In this document: positions 35,701 through 46,600 of the stretch, piece after piece
Position numbering within the stretch: the stretch's first letter is position 1
Layout: the number at the start of each line of letters is the position of its first letter
DNA from: a virus
IMG/VR virus record: IMGVR_UViG_3300042526_000402
Span: 32,001 to 96,000 of that record
Length of the DNA: 64,000 nucleotides
Strand: one strand, 5' to 3'
Position numbers and translations under genes: made by a program
The notes under the pieces: model-generated
The model's input: the letters and a program-made list of their open reading frames with translations, nothing else
Told to the model about the DNA's origin: nothing
The model's database searches: none

Positions 35701-38700
35701 CCAAATTCATCACGGTATGTGAAAATTAAATCTGAAATAGTTTTGTAAGCTCCTGAGATATCAAAAGTCAAATTCATACTTTGTTTCATTCTAGCTTGGA
35801 TTTCAGAAAGCCTATTTAATAAAGCAGCTCTATTTTCATAAAATTCATCTGAATACTTGATTTTAACATTTTGTTTTTCCCATTTCCTTAACTCAATTTC
35901 AAACGCTGGATCAGTTCTTTTAATATTTTTAGCTTCTAACTCAGTAACAAATTCATTATAAGCTGTATCTAATGAATTAGTAATAGGAACCCACTCATAA
36001 AAATCACTAGTTGCATTTCTATGTTGGATTAATACTTCTGCAATAGATTTATCATAATTATCATTTGCCGGGTCATCAACTTTTTCTGTACCATCTTCAT
36101 AGTATAGAGAATACAATTGCTGATAACTTCTGAAAGCTGCTTCTATAGTACTATAGTTTTCAAACCTTTCTAATTCTTTTTCAAATTGGTTTTGTAAGTT
36201 TATGAAATTATCAAAAGCATTCTTTTTAGATAAGTAAGCAAGTTTTCCTATGTCAGAGGTATTAAATATATCATCTTTCTCATAAAATTCAGGAACATAT
36301 TCCTGCCACATATAAGCTTTGTTAAATTTTCTAACTCTGTCTAAAGCCTCAGCAATTTTGTTTTTATCACCACCATCTTTAGCTTCTGCATATTCATATT
36401 CTAACTTATCTTTCTCATATCTCCAACCATTACCAAATTCATTTAAGAATGTCCATACTTCTTTAGGAACAGGTTGTCCGGTTTTCTTGTCAATATAAAA
36501 TATGGTGTCTTTACCAGCTACCATATCTCTTATCTGCAAAGAATTTAATTTGCTAAAATTAACTTGAGGTAAGATTTTTGAAAGCTTGTTTCTAAATATT
36601 TGAGACTTATCCCAAACTTCATTCTCAACTTCAGTCTTTTCATTTTGAATATACATAGCAAGTGAACCTACTATAGGGTCATTACTTGAAGAATAAGATT
36701 CTAACCATCTATTGAACCAGCTTACATCTTTTGTTTTACCAGACAATACATCATTAATTCTTTTTTCATTAATAACATAGGTATTGTATTGCTCAATAAA
36801 TCTATTTAATACTTCTTTGGGAACTCCTTTTTCATAAAGTCTTATCAAGTCTTCATCTTGTATAGTTCCTTTTACAACTTTATTGTAAAGATTATCTACC
36901 TCAGCTTCTTGTTCATCTGCAGGTAAATTTTTTAAAGCGGTTTTTAAATTAGTATTTAATTGCTCTTCTACAAACTTGGTCATGTAACCAGTTATCTCAA
37001 CAAAAAACTGAACATTATTCTTTTTATAAATATCAGAAACCTTTTTAACAACCATTTTAGAGTTGTTCAAGATCTCATTTACTGTTTGATAAAATGGGTT
37101 ATCACTATCTATAGTACTATCTTCAAGAATATTATTAATCTCATCTACCAAATTCATCCAAGAATTAGCAGTGGACTTATACAACTGAAGCAAAGCAACA
37201 ATGTTTCTATTATTGATTAATGAATCATTTTGCTCAATTATTCTAAGTTCATTTAAAGTATTTATACTAGAGCTTTTAATACGGTCCATACTATTTACAA
37301 GTGCTACAGCTTTTATTCTAGCCATCTCTTGTATTTTCTCTTCCGCATTAAGACTATTTTCAATTACTGATTCAGCATTAATATTATTTGTAGGTATTAC
37401 ATCTTGAAAACCTCTCAAACTTTTATCTACTGCTGGTAATAATTCTGTAGTACCTTCTTTTAATAAAGCTCTTTGTAACATAGCTTTATTTACCGCATCT
37501 TTACCTGTATTAAATTCTCTTGCTTGAGTTACAGCAGCTTTATTATTTAAGTAAGTTTGATTTATGATAGCCTGAGCTGCTTCAGGAGAAGCATGTTTTA
37601 ATAGTTCATCTGCTCTTTCAACTACATCTTTATAAAACATTACTATGTCAGCCTCAGTAATATTTGTTGGAATATCACCTAAGTCTAATTCTTCATCATT
37701 CAATAATCTATCTGCTAAATCACTGATAGTATCTGTACTTTTGAGATCTTTCACTTTTACACCAGTTCCAAATACCCTGCGCATAATATCTTTTAATGCA
37801 GCTAACAACTTGTTTATAAAAGATTCAAAGCCTTGTGATTCAATTTGATTATTTATTTTATTCATTGCATTCATCTGTAATGCAAAAACAATACATTCTT
37901 CTTTAAATAAAGGAGTATTTGTACCAAGTTCTGGATATAATTTTGTAACATGATTAATGATAGCCTGACCCTCTGTTGATCTTTCTAACTCATTAAACAA
38001 ATTCTCAAACAAATCAATATTATTTCTTCTTATAGCTTGAACAAATGGATGTGCAAATTCATGTAAAGCAGTATTAGCATTAAGATTATCTCCTACAAAA
38101 TAAACTGTACCTGCAAAATAAAATGCAGGTTCACCCATATATGGTTTTGAACTACGTGATAAAATTTCTTGAGCTTCTTTAGGTGTTACAGATTGATATT
38201 CAACATTCATTTTAGCAGCAAGTTTTTTAGCTAAAACTTCACCTAGTTCTCTGCTGATACTATCATTGATACTATCTAAGCTTATATTTAAAGTAGATTT
38301 TTTTGGTTTATAAACATTATCATTTGGTACATATCTGTTATAATCCCAAATATCTTTTAATCTACCAAAATCTAGTTTAGCTTTAAAAGTATTTCTCCAA
38401 TCAGCAATTTCAAGTTCTACACCAGAATTTAAAATTATCTTTTTACCAGTTGCCTTTTCTTTTATATCCTTTGGATAACTAAAAATATCAATCAGCTTGG
38501 CCTCTACATCACCTGTATGTGAATCTGTTAAAGGTACATAACTGCTAACAATATTTCCATTTATGTCAACTACATCATAACCAACAATTTTATTGGTATT
38601 TCCAACTTCTACACCATCTTTTAATACTTTTTTTGAATTATCAAAAGTTAAATTTTCTATTGTATATCCTTCAGGTGCAATTAACCAAGTATCAGTTTGG

Positions 38701-40622
38701 TAATCTTCATTATATATATTTCTAATATATTTATTATTAGGATATAAGCTAGTAAAAATTTTAATTGCTTCAGCTCTAGTCACAGGACTTACCCAATCTA
38801 TATCATGTATTTGATTTTCAGTTGGTCTATATACAGTACCTTGTTCAGATAGTGTTATACTTCCTGTAAGTACAAAATATGGAGCCATTTTTTCAATAAT
38901 AGACTTTCCAAACTCATCTGATTTCATAGCTTCTTCTAATGATATTTTAGAAACTGGTTTTCCAACTGAGCCCGGTTTAAATACTGATTGTGTTATTAAT
39001 GACTGATTTTGTAATAGTATATTGTCTGCAATAATTCCTACATTTTTATTAATTCTTGAAATTTTAATCTCATTTAATAAGTTAAAGAATTGTCTTATTA
39101 AATTTTTGATAGCTTCAATAAGTGAACTTGGTAGTTCAGTGTTTGTTTTGTTATGTAATTCTTTAGATATCAAATCTCCAACAGCATCTAAAAGTTCATC
39201 TTTTGATAAATTTTTAAACATACCCATTTTACGCATGTTACCTGTTATTTCAGTTACAAGAGGATTATGTTGCATCATATATGCAATTAATTTACCAGCT
39301 TGTTGGGGATAATCAACCTGATTATTTTTATCAGTATAAAGAATTTTATTTAAGATATCTACATGTGCTAAACTATCAATACCTAATTTGTCTTGAATAT
39401 CAGATAAGACCTCAGTTTTTATACCAAACTTAGAAAGATATGTTGCTAAAGTTTTATTTAGTTCATTGTTTAAATCCTCATATATTTTAGGATTATTTAA
39501 TAAGTCAGTCTTATCTATATTTATTTTATTTATAGAAGAATTTTTAATGATTTCACTAACTATATTATCTACATCTTTATCTGTTACAGTACCAGATTTA
39601 ATTTTTTTAAGAAGCCTGTAAGCATTGTGATCATAAATACCAATTTGATTTAGTATAGGAAATACTTTATCATAATTTCTTCCTTCATATGCACTCTTTA
39701 ATTCAAATATTAAGCTCCAATAATTGTAAAATGTATCATACTTTTTAATGTCTTCATATGTTACACTCTCAGGTTTTTTCTTAAATATTTTCTCAACTAA
39801 ATTACTACTACTGAAGTAAAGATTTTTTATCATATCTTCTCCTCTGAAGTTATATGGTTTGTCTACATTAAGTTTATAAAGACCTTTTTTCTCAAGCATT
39901 TTACCAATATCTTCAGGTACAGATGCAACAAAATCAATATTAGAAATTAATGTACCTAACTCAACAAATAACTCTTTTATATTAGGAGAAGACATCAGTC
40001 TTCCTTTAAAGACATTATTTTTAGCATCCCATTCACCAAAGAAATATGTACTTCTTGATTTAAAAACTTGTAAATTTTCAAACACCTGATTAAATTTTTC
40101 TCTAGTAATAGCTTTACCCTCTCTTTTTCTATCCATAAGATTAACATAGTTATTATAGATATTATCTATTTCTTCTTCAGGTAGATTTAGGTAAGTACCA
40201 TTAGATACAATTTTAAAAGAGTTAACATCTGGTAATTCAGATTTTTCTTCTCTCATAAATTGAGGACCCTCTTCATCAGTATTAGGTACAATTGACTGTT
40301 TAGCTATTTCATTTAAAGCATCATACTTACTTTTTAGTACTTGTAATTGTTCAAACAGAGGTACATTAGGCTCTGCTCTTTCAACTTTAAATGTGGTATC
40401 TCTATAGTATGTTGAATTTCTTTCATCAAGAATTTTCTTACTTGTTGTATCAAACAGCATTTGACCATTTGTAACAAGACCATATCTATCAATTGCTAAT
40501 TGTGTTAGATACTTGTTTGCTTTTTCAAACAATGAGTCATTGATGATTTTTCTTGTATCATCAATGACTTTTACTTTTCTCAGAGTATTAATTGCATTTA
40601 CTGTAACTTCACAAACCATCAT
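32736..40622 (-). CDS. giant virion cargo (polyvalent) protein with nucleotidyltransferase-like, zincin and LysM domains
   Basis: About 2630 aa; LTGS...HDIDW, LHEFAH and LysM (KKGETFEEIAKKYNVTVDELKAKN); start overlaps the RNAP stop (TAATG). Confidence 0.75.
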   Translation of the reverse strand: MMVCEVTVNAINTLRKVKVIDDTRKIINDSLFEKANKYLTQLAIDRYGLVTNGQMLFDTTSKKILDERNSTYYRDTTFKVERAEPNVPLFEQLQVLKSKYDALNEIAKQSIVPNTDEEGPQFMREEKSELPDVNSFKIVSNGTYLNLPEEEIDNIYNNYVNLMDRKREGKAITREKFNQVFENLQVFKSRSTYFFGEWDAKNNVFKGRLMSSPNIKELFVELGTLISNIDFVASVPEDIGKMLEKKGLYKLNVDKPYNFRGEDMIKNLYFSSSNLVEKIFKKKPESVTYEDIKKYDTFYNYWSLIFELKSAYEGRNYDKVFPILNQIGIYDHNAYRLLKKIKSGTVTDKDVDNIVSEIIKNSSINKINIDKTDLLNNPKIYEDLNNELNKTLATYLSKFGIKTEVLSDIQDKLGIDSLAHVDILNKILYTDKNNQVDYPQQAGKLIAYMMQHNPLVTEITGNMRKMGMFKNLSKDELLDAVGDLISKELHNKTNTELPSSLIEAIKNLIRQFFNLLNEIKISRINKNVGIIADNILLQNQSLITQSVFKPGSVGKPVSKISLEEAMKSDEFGKSIIEKMAPYFVLTGSITLSEQGTVYRPTENQIHDIDWVSPVTRAEAIKIFTSLYPNNKYIRNIYNEDYQTDTWLIAPEGYTIENLTFDNSKKVLKDGVEVGNTNKIVGYDVVDINGNIVSSYVPLTDSHTGDVEAKLIDIFSYPKDIKEKATGKKIILNSGVELEIADWRNTFKAKLDFGRLKDIWDYNRYVPNDNVYKPKKSTLNISLDSINDSISRELGEVLAKKLAAKMNVEYQSVTPKEAQEILSRSSKPYMGEPAFYFAGTVYFVGDNLNANTALHEFAHPFVQAIRRNNIDLFENLFNELERSTEGQAIINHVTKLYPELGTNTPLFKEECIVFALQMNAMNKINNQIESQGFESFINKLLAALKDIMRRVFGTGVKVKDLKSTDTISDLADRLLNDEELDLGDIPTNITEADIVMFYKDVVERADELLKHASPEAAQAIINQTYLNNKAAVTQAREFNTGKDAVNKAMLQRALLKEGTTELLPAVDKSLRGFQDVIPTNNINAESVIENSLNAEEKIQEMARIKAVALVNSMDRIKSSSINTLNELRIIEQNDSLINNRNIVALLQLYKSTANSWMNLVDEINNILEDSTIDSDNPFYQTVNEILNNSKMVVKKVSDIYKKNNVQFFVEITGYMTKFVEEQLNTNLKTALKNLPADEQEAEVDNLYNKVVKGTIQDEDLIRLYEKGVPKEVLNRFIEQYNTYVINEKRINDVLSGKTKDVSWFNRWLESYSSSNDPIVGSLAMYIQNEKTEVENEVWDKSQIFRNKLSKILPQVNFSKLNSLQIRDMVAGKDTIFYIDKKTGQPVPKEVWTFLNEFGNGWRYEKDKLEYEYAEAKDGGDKNKIAEALDRVRKFNKAYMWQEYVPEFYEKDDIFNTSDIGKLAYLSKKNAFDNFINLQNQFEKELERFENYSTIEAAFRSYQQLYSLYYEDGTEKVDDPANDNYDKSIAEVLIQHRNATSDFYEWVPITNSLDTAYNEFVTELEAKNIKRTDPAFEIELRKWEKQNVKIKYSDEFYENRAALLNRLSEIQARMKQSMNLTFDISGAYKTISDLIFTYRDEFGQPDTTQLGEDRIRKIKELEQDIINFREKFDYQTGLPKEEADTLNFLLQKSKTESLDSSEAKTLNNLIQKQKDNGIDVGLVEEMTEIFSSLSDLSSKVPTEYYLEAINTYLSKYNVTEVTDITVDNFVNSEEFEELLEKDDELRKWFVLNHVTVKKYEKGKQVEKLQRTSANSVLRPSDGKYFITTKIFDNETQQEVTLLGVPNARHSRREVKNKYRTIPRGANREDYIGKYINNKGEFLPRSFEPGTKYSAEDDRFIDKRYQALKANPNSPEFELLNLMKDHHLEMQQNAGNYGKLYLDVPRYTTKKGDFYQVFQKGQYGDKFNNVNANVKEWLKQKFGKSTEDYLNDLNYDSDNNLVNTDLNGDEISYIPVTGIFNIDADIADADVFNSLFRYGLSLQTQKQLHKSLPLVQSVLSTLEDPKNQPKNLDKKSKQLQNAKTKVREYANLRTSTYNRLEQVRSLIEREYYGRKVSDMEEANPRLTKWMGNLTKWSSGASLRLNIPSDLKNQFSGYVQTIIESTGGRFVTSRDLALSAAWATKAMFDWSSNGIYTTGPGNLSTQLVQIFDPNFKTTDQYGNTIYRSMFKDMMNFEWTFMHRKFGEMEVAMRLFGAFLYGQKVEQTLPNGSKATIRYVDAWEQDENGIARLKAGIHPGWSNISVYHTYKKGETFEEIAKKYNVTVDELKAKNRIKSEIQVADGQEIIISKSENYKLFKNRLQGTSRALFGVYDDFGQPEGNKLLLYRMFFFMRQWFTPMFVNRFGMDTSKENFGGARYDWALGKTTKGFYINALQVIYRGIKSKGVEFQFMTDDEKGDLKRATAEGMITVITSLLASMLFGYDDDDKDRWKKIKARSGAINSDTFNTYGFLTNHALLLLLGVQAETSAFIPLPQIGGVNLGADDYAKMLTSTSTVFGNTILTYMEIIGDILNFATFNEAGRYKRDAGPYWFQKKGELKIWKRAFNLMGFSGGAGDPEALLKNLEKGASRIR

Positions 40623-43600
40623 TAAGAACATTTAAAAGGATCAGACTCAAAACCATACTTTTGTAAGATCTCATCATCTGACACACCTTGTTTATTATAT
40701 ACTATATCACTTACCTGTTTATTCAAAAGAGAACCTGGATTCAAATATCTTAATTTTTCATATAACTCTCTACTTAAATATACAAATAAATCTTGAGGCA
40801 TGAGGTCTGGATTTCCAAATCCTGCTGTAGGAAGTGCTATATCAAACCCTTTTTCTTTAGCATTTTCAGCTGCACTCAAAATTTTACTCCAGTATTTTTT
40901 AATTTCTTCTTTATCATCTGCTGATAAGTTAGCAAAATTATCATCTTTACCATCAGATATCAAAACTGGAACAGTCATATCTGGAGCATGTAATTGTAAA
41001 ATAGATTGGTCAGTAAAGTTTTTGTTTCTACCATCTTGAAGTTCAGAATTAGTATAAGAATGTAAGAAAATTACTTTAGAGTTTTTATTTGTAAGATTTT
41101 TATAATAAATACTATCTTTATCTACTGAATCATACAAGAATACATTTGGTTCATTAGTCTCAATTAAATCAGATTTAACATCTACTAATCCTAATGGAGT
41201 AGCAAGTGATTCAACACTAGTAGATAGTTGAGTATCATAATCAGTAATATCTTCAGATTTAATATCCTCAAGCATTTGTTTATATGATTCAGCATGTCTA
41301 TCTATAGTTTCATCTGATACATTTGCTCTGTTTTCTCCTCTTACTAGTTGTGCTTTAATTCTTTGTTTGGCTAACTTAGCATTTAATGGCATAAGTTTAT
41401 ATTGAATATTAGCATTAGGTATTGCTTTTTTAATAGCTTCAACAAAAGGTCTTCTTTTATCTTTAGTAAGATTGGTAGTATCAAACACTACTTGTTTACC
41501 TTGTTTAATAGCTTGTATAGCTCTATTAGCTGCTTCAATATAAATCTCTTTGTCTTTAGATTTATTATTTATATCTCCTGTAAATTCAACTCTCATTGCA
41601 TCAGGTTCTATGACTACTAAATTTTCTTGAGGTAAAGACTTTATAAATGTAGATTTACCACTTCCGCTTGTTCCTATGGGAAGTATTACATCAGCTTGCT
41701 GTTGAGTTTTTGTCTTACTAACTTTAATTTTATTAATGTCAAAATTTGTTAAGTAACTTTTGAACTCTTTTTTAGTTGGGTTAGTCACCTTGTTATTAGC
41801 AAATTCAAATTTTTGTAAGTAATCACTAAGTAAATACTCTCTTCTTTCTGGATCATTTTCTAATACATTTAAAACTTCATTACCGGCATCTTGTATAATA
41901 TCAATTACTTTAGTATAATCCACAAATGGAACTAGGTTATATGATGATTTGTTTATACCTGATTGCAAGTATGCAAAGATCGGAAGCATAGAAAACACCT
42001 CTGTTATTTTCTTTATGTCAGCATCATTAAGCTTTAAAGCTTTGGCATAATTTTTTAAAACTACTGGATTAGCTAAGTCTTTTAAGTTACTAATATACAT
42101 GTTAGCTTTAGTACTGTTAATATCTCTATCAGCAATACCTAAGTTAAATATAGTTTGGTCAAAATTTGATTCTGATTTTAATACTGCTAAAACATCAAAC
42201 TTTCTAACTAAATCTGGATACTCATTTATGATTTTAGATACTCTATTACCATATGCTGTATCTGCATTATTAAATAAGTGATAGAAATTAAAAGTATTAT
42301 CTAATGCTTTTTCTGCTAAAAACTTTTCATACTCAGCTTTAGATTGAGAGTCTTCTTTAGGGAAAACACTTCTTAAATATTCTCTTTCTATAACAAACTT
42401 TTTGTACTGTTCAAAGTTTTGATCTTTTTCAAGTGCTGTAAAAGTCATAGGATCTACTTGGTGTAGACCTAATACAACATATGGGTTATCATCCTCAACA
42501 TCATCTGTAGACCATGCGTTGTTTTCAAATTGTAATTTTAAAACTGAATCATTTACAAATAAAGTTTTTGAACCATTGTTATTTGTTTTAACATATGCTC
42601 CAAAATATTTAGACTCAAAGTTTTTAACAGCCAGTTCTTCTTTTAAATCATAAGACATGTATGTGTCTCCTAATTTGCTTTTAAGTAAAGCATTTTGGAA
42701 TATATAACTTACAAAATCATTTCTAAATGCATTAATGAACTGCTTCTCATTATCTTCACCAAAAGTTTTTTTCAACACATCATCTAATTTACGTGTCTTC
42801 TTTAAGTCAATTATATAATTACTAAATGCTTTGTTATATCTCAATTTAAACAAAGGTTTACTTAATGCTAGTGCTAGAGGTCCATTAAAGAAGGAACTGA
42901 TAACAGAATCTTTCATTAAACTATTAATCAAAGGAGAAAGAACCTCATCTTCTAATAAATCTTCTATTGTGCTCTCAGATAACTCAATATTTGATAACGT
43001 AGTATTAGTATTAGTATCAGGATTTGCATTCATCTTAATCTTAGTTATACCCTTGATTTGATCTTCAATCTTCAAGTAATGTAAAAACAGTAACAAAGAT
43101 TTGTTCTCTTTCTTTATATCTGGGTTAACAGAAGATTTTTCAATTAAATCCAACAAACTTTTTTCTGAAAAGAATTTATCTTCTCTACCTTTAAAAGCAG
43201 CTTCTAAAAGCTTATCTGCAGTATCTAATATAACAGCACCTTTTGCATTAGAAGGAAGTATGTTTGTAGGAAAATTTTTAGCTATGACATTTTTCATAGC
43301 ACTGAATTTAACCAATCCTCTAGAATCAACAGCTTTACCTAACATAGGTGCAAAAGTGGAACCAATTAAACGTTGTTGTTCTACATAATCTCTAACTAAT
43401 GGTTGTGACACAAAGTAAATAGCTTCTTTAACAGGTACTCCTGCTTTGATTAAAAACAATAATACAGGTGCTACTTCATAGTTACCTTGAATAAAGAAAA
43501 TCCAGGCATCTTTTTCAACATCCACCCAACCATTGATTGCTTGTGAGAATACATCTGATATTTTATTTATATTATCAACATCATAGATATCTGAAAGAGA

Positions 43601-46600
43601 AATTCTTTTTTCTCCATCTACATCCATAGTTCTATGTCTTAGGGCAAGAGTAACATTTCTTGTTGTCTCTTTATCACCAGACTTACTCAAATAAGTGTTA
43701 GGAAGATTTGCTCCTATAGAATTAAACAAGATATTAAATGTATTTTCAATAGCTCCTAAACCTAATGTAGCTTTACCAATCATGTTAGACTCATGCTTAT
43801 ATAAGTTATATCTTGTTTCAAGAATTCTTGTAGGGCTAAGTTGTTTATCCTTACCTTCTGTCATCTTAGTACCAAAAGGATTATAATCCATAACATATTT
43901 AGCTAATTCATCAGCTGTTTCTTTAAGTAAGAAAGTACCATTAGGTGTAATTAGAGATACAAAGTTTTCAGGTAATTCTAATATTGCTTTGACATCTTTA
44001 ATTAACTCATTTTCTAAACCTGCTTTTTGTTGTTTAAATAACTCATTTAAAGATTCACCTGCAGCATTTTTTTCTTTTACAGTTTTTTTAACAGCTTCAA
44101 TATCAGCTAATGTTGGTTTAATTAATTCACCATTTAAACCAATATTAGTCATGAATATTGTAAGTTTATCAATATCAAAGTCACCCCCTGACTTAGCAAC
44201 TATCTCAGCTGGAGGTATGATAATATTACCTGCTTGAGCTGGTAAGAATTGATAAACTTCCATAAACTCCATAGAGTTTAGACCCTGAACCGGAATCCTA
44301 ACCCCTACAAGAGTTATTGCTTTTCTGTTAGCACCATCATTTGCATCTAACCATTCATCATCTTTGATTGCTCGGTTTAATCTATCTATAGTCTCAACAG
44401 TTTCCCCTTTATATTCAAGATTCAACAAGTTAGCATAGTCCCCCTGTAATGCAATCATAACCTTCATTGCTGCAGTTTTACCATCCGCCTTCTTATGATA
44501 TGTAGGAAGTACATTGCTACCAACCCATTTTTTCTTTTCTTCATCTGTAGCATTTCTGAAATTTTCTGTTTTAGTAACATTGTTTTCATACATTGCAGAA
44601 GACACTTGAACTAATGGTTCACCTTTAATTTTTTGCTTAATGATTCTTTTATTAATCATAGACAAAAGCACTTTCTCAATTTTAAGTACTTCAGGGTGAT
44701 ACGATAAGTCTATTGCAATCTCACCAGAATCTAATGCATCAATAAAGTCTATCAATTCATTTCCATAAGCATCTTCTCTTTCTAGGTTAGCTCTAATAAG
44801 TTCTAACAATTTAGAAATACTGTCTTTATCTCTTGGTGCATATTCTCCTTCAGATACTTCATCATAACCAATTTCTTCAAGTAATTCTAACTTAACTAAC
44901 TCAGTATAATCACTTACATCTTTTAAGTATTTCTCAACAATTGGTTTAGCACTTGGAGAAATAATATCACCATTTTTATATAAGTTGTCTAAAATCAACT
45001 TTCTCATCTGAGTAGAAAATATAGACTTGCCTTTAAATTCAGCATTTACTTCAGTTTGATTCTTTAAGAATTCTGTAAAGATTGTATTAACAGTAAACTT
45101 ACTGTCTTTAAGGAAGTTACCATCTTTATCAAAGATCTCATCACCATTTCCTACATGACCAATTTTAGAACCAGATTGATAAACAACATAGTCTACTTTA
45201 TCTTGCATCATTTTTAAATGTAAATCATAAAGTGGTGTACCTTTTATTGCTACACCCGGTATGATTGGATTAAGGGAAAACTTATGAAAAGATGTTACTG
45301 GTAATAATTCTGATTGCATATTTCCAGCATACTGTAATTTATAAGGAGGAAAAAATTTAACTATATCTACTACAGAAACTTCTTCACCTTTAGCAATTTT
45401 TGTATAAAGTTCTTCTTGCTCTGGTAACCAGTTTCCTTCAAGATTTTTTAATTTTCTGTAACCTTCAAAAGTAACATGACCTTGACCATCACCAATCTCC
45501 ATACCTCTATAACCTTTAAGTGTTATTTCAGTAAGTTCTTTTGCTTTGGCTTTGTCTTTTAATCTTGAGTAGTAATCATCATATACAGCATCATAGTACT
45601 CATTATAATAAATTGACTCATCTACAACTCTTTCTTTTAAAATAGCAGTTTTCAAAGTACCATCAAAATTTCTTGATGTTACACCATCATTAGCAAATGA
45701 TTCTGCATAGATGTTTGGTAATGAATTTACATAAGTTAGTATTTTCATATCTGCAGAGAAGCTTCTACCACCCCCGCCAAAACCAGCATTTCTTTTATGG
45801 AATTCTTCTTTAGCGTGATTATACTGTGCAAAGTCTCCATATATTAAAACAGCAGTTTCAAATTTATGCATCCAAGAGTTGTAAGTATAGGCCTTCATCA
45901 AGGTCTCATTTACTTGCTCATTGGAAAGTTTTTCAAAACCAGGTACTCTTTCTTTTAATCCAGAGTCAATATATTTAGCTTTTTCTAATTCAGCTAGATT
46001 CTCTTCTGTAAGGGCTTGAAAGTATGCTGTAACATCTTTCTCTATTCTTGCTCTTAAATTAGGATTAGAGTTAATTACATCCATCATGTCAAAAGAAGTA
46101 TCTTTAGTGTCTACTGCATTATCTATGATAGCATATAATTCTGTTTGTGTTTCTTCTGTAAGAACGTCATCAAATGCAGTAAATGCATTCCCAGCCATTG
46201 TCTCAGTTTTGTTCTTATCTTTTCTTTGTACCTTTCTGTTATAACCCTTGTAGTTTTTGAGAACATCTTTGTTTAAACCAAACTTAAATATTCTATTAGA
46301 CTCAGCCATTATGTAGCCAGCAATGATATCAAAAGCTCTTGATTCACCAGGACCATATGGAGCAAAGTTTTTAATGTCTACATATAACTTACTGTCATCT
46401 TTAATAACACCTGTATCAATTTTACCAGTTACAGTCAAACCTTGAGCCATTTGTTTAGATGCATGTCTCATAAATTCCTCAACTCCATTCATCAACATAG
46501 TGTGAATCTCTTGTAAGAATTTACTTGTTTTGTCCATAGAAGCTGTAGAAATACCTTCTTTCTTTTCCTTACCACCTTTTCTATCTTCTATTAACTGTGT

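Noticed and set aside
41227-41707. Intein interpretation of the RNAP insert (also considered for the 53972-54700 insert)
   Set aside because: No Cys/Ser start, His-Asn end or LAGLIDADG motifs
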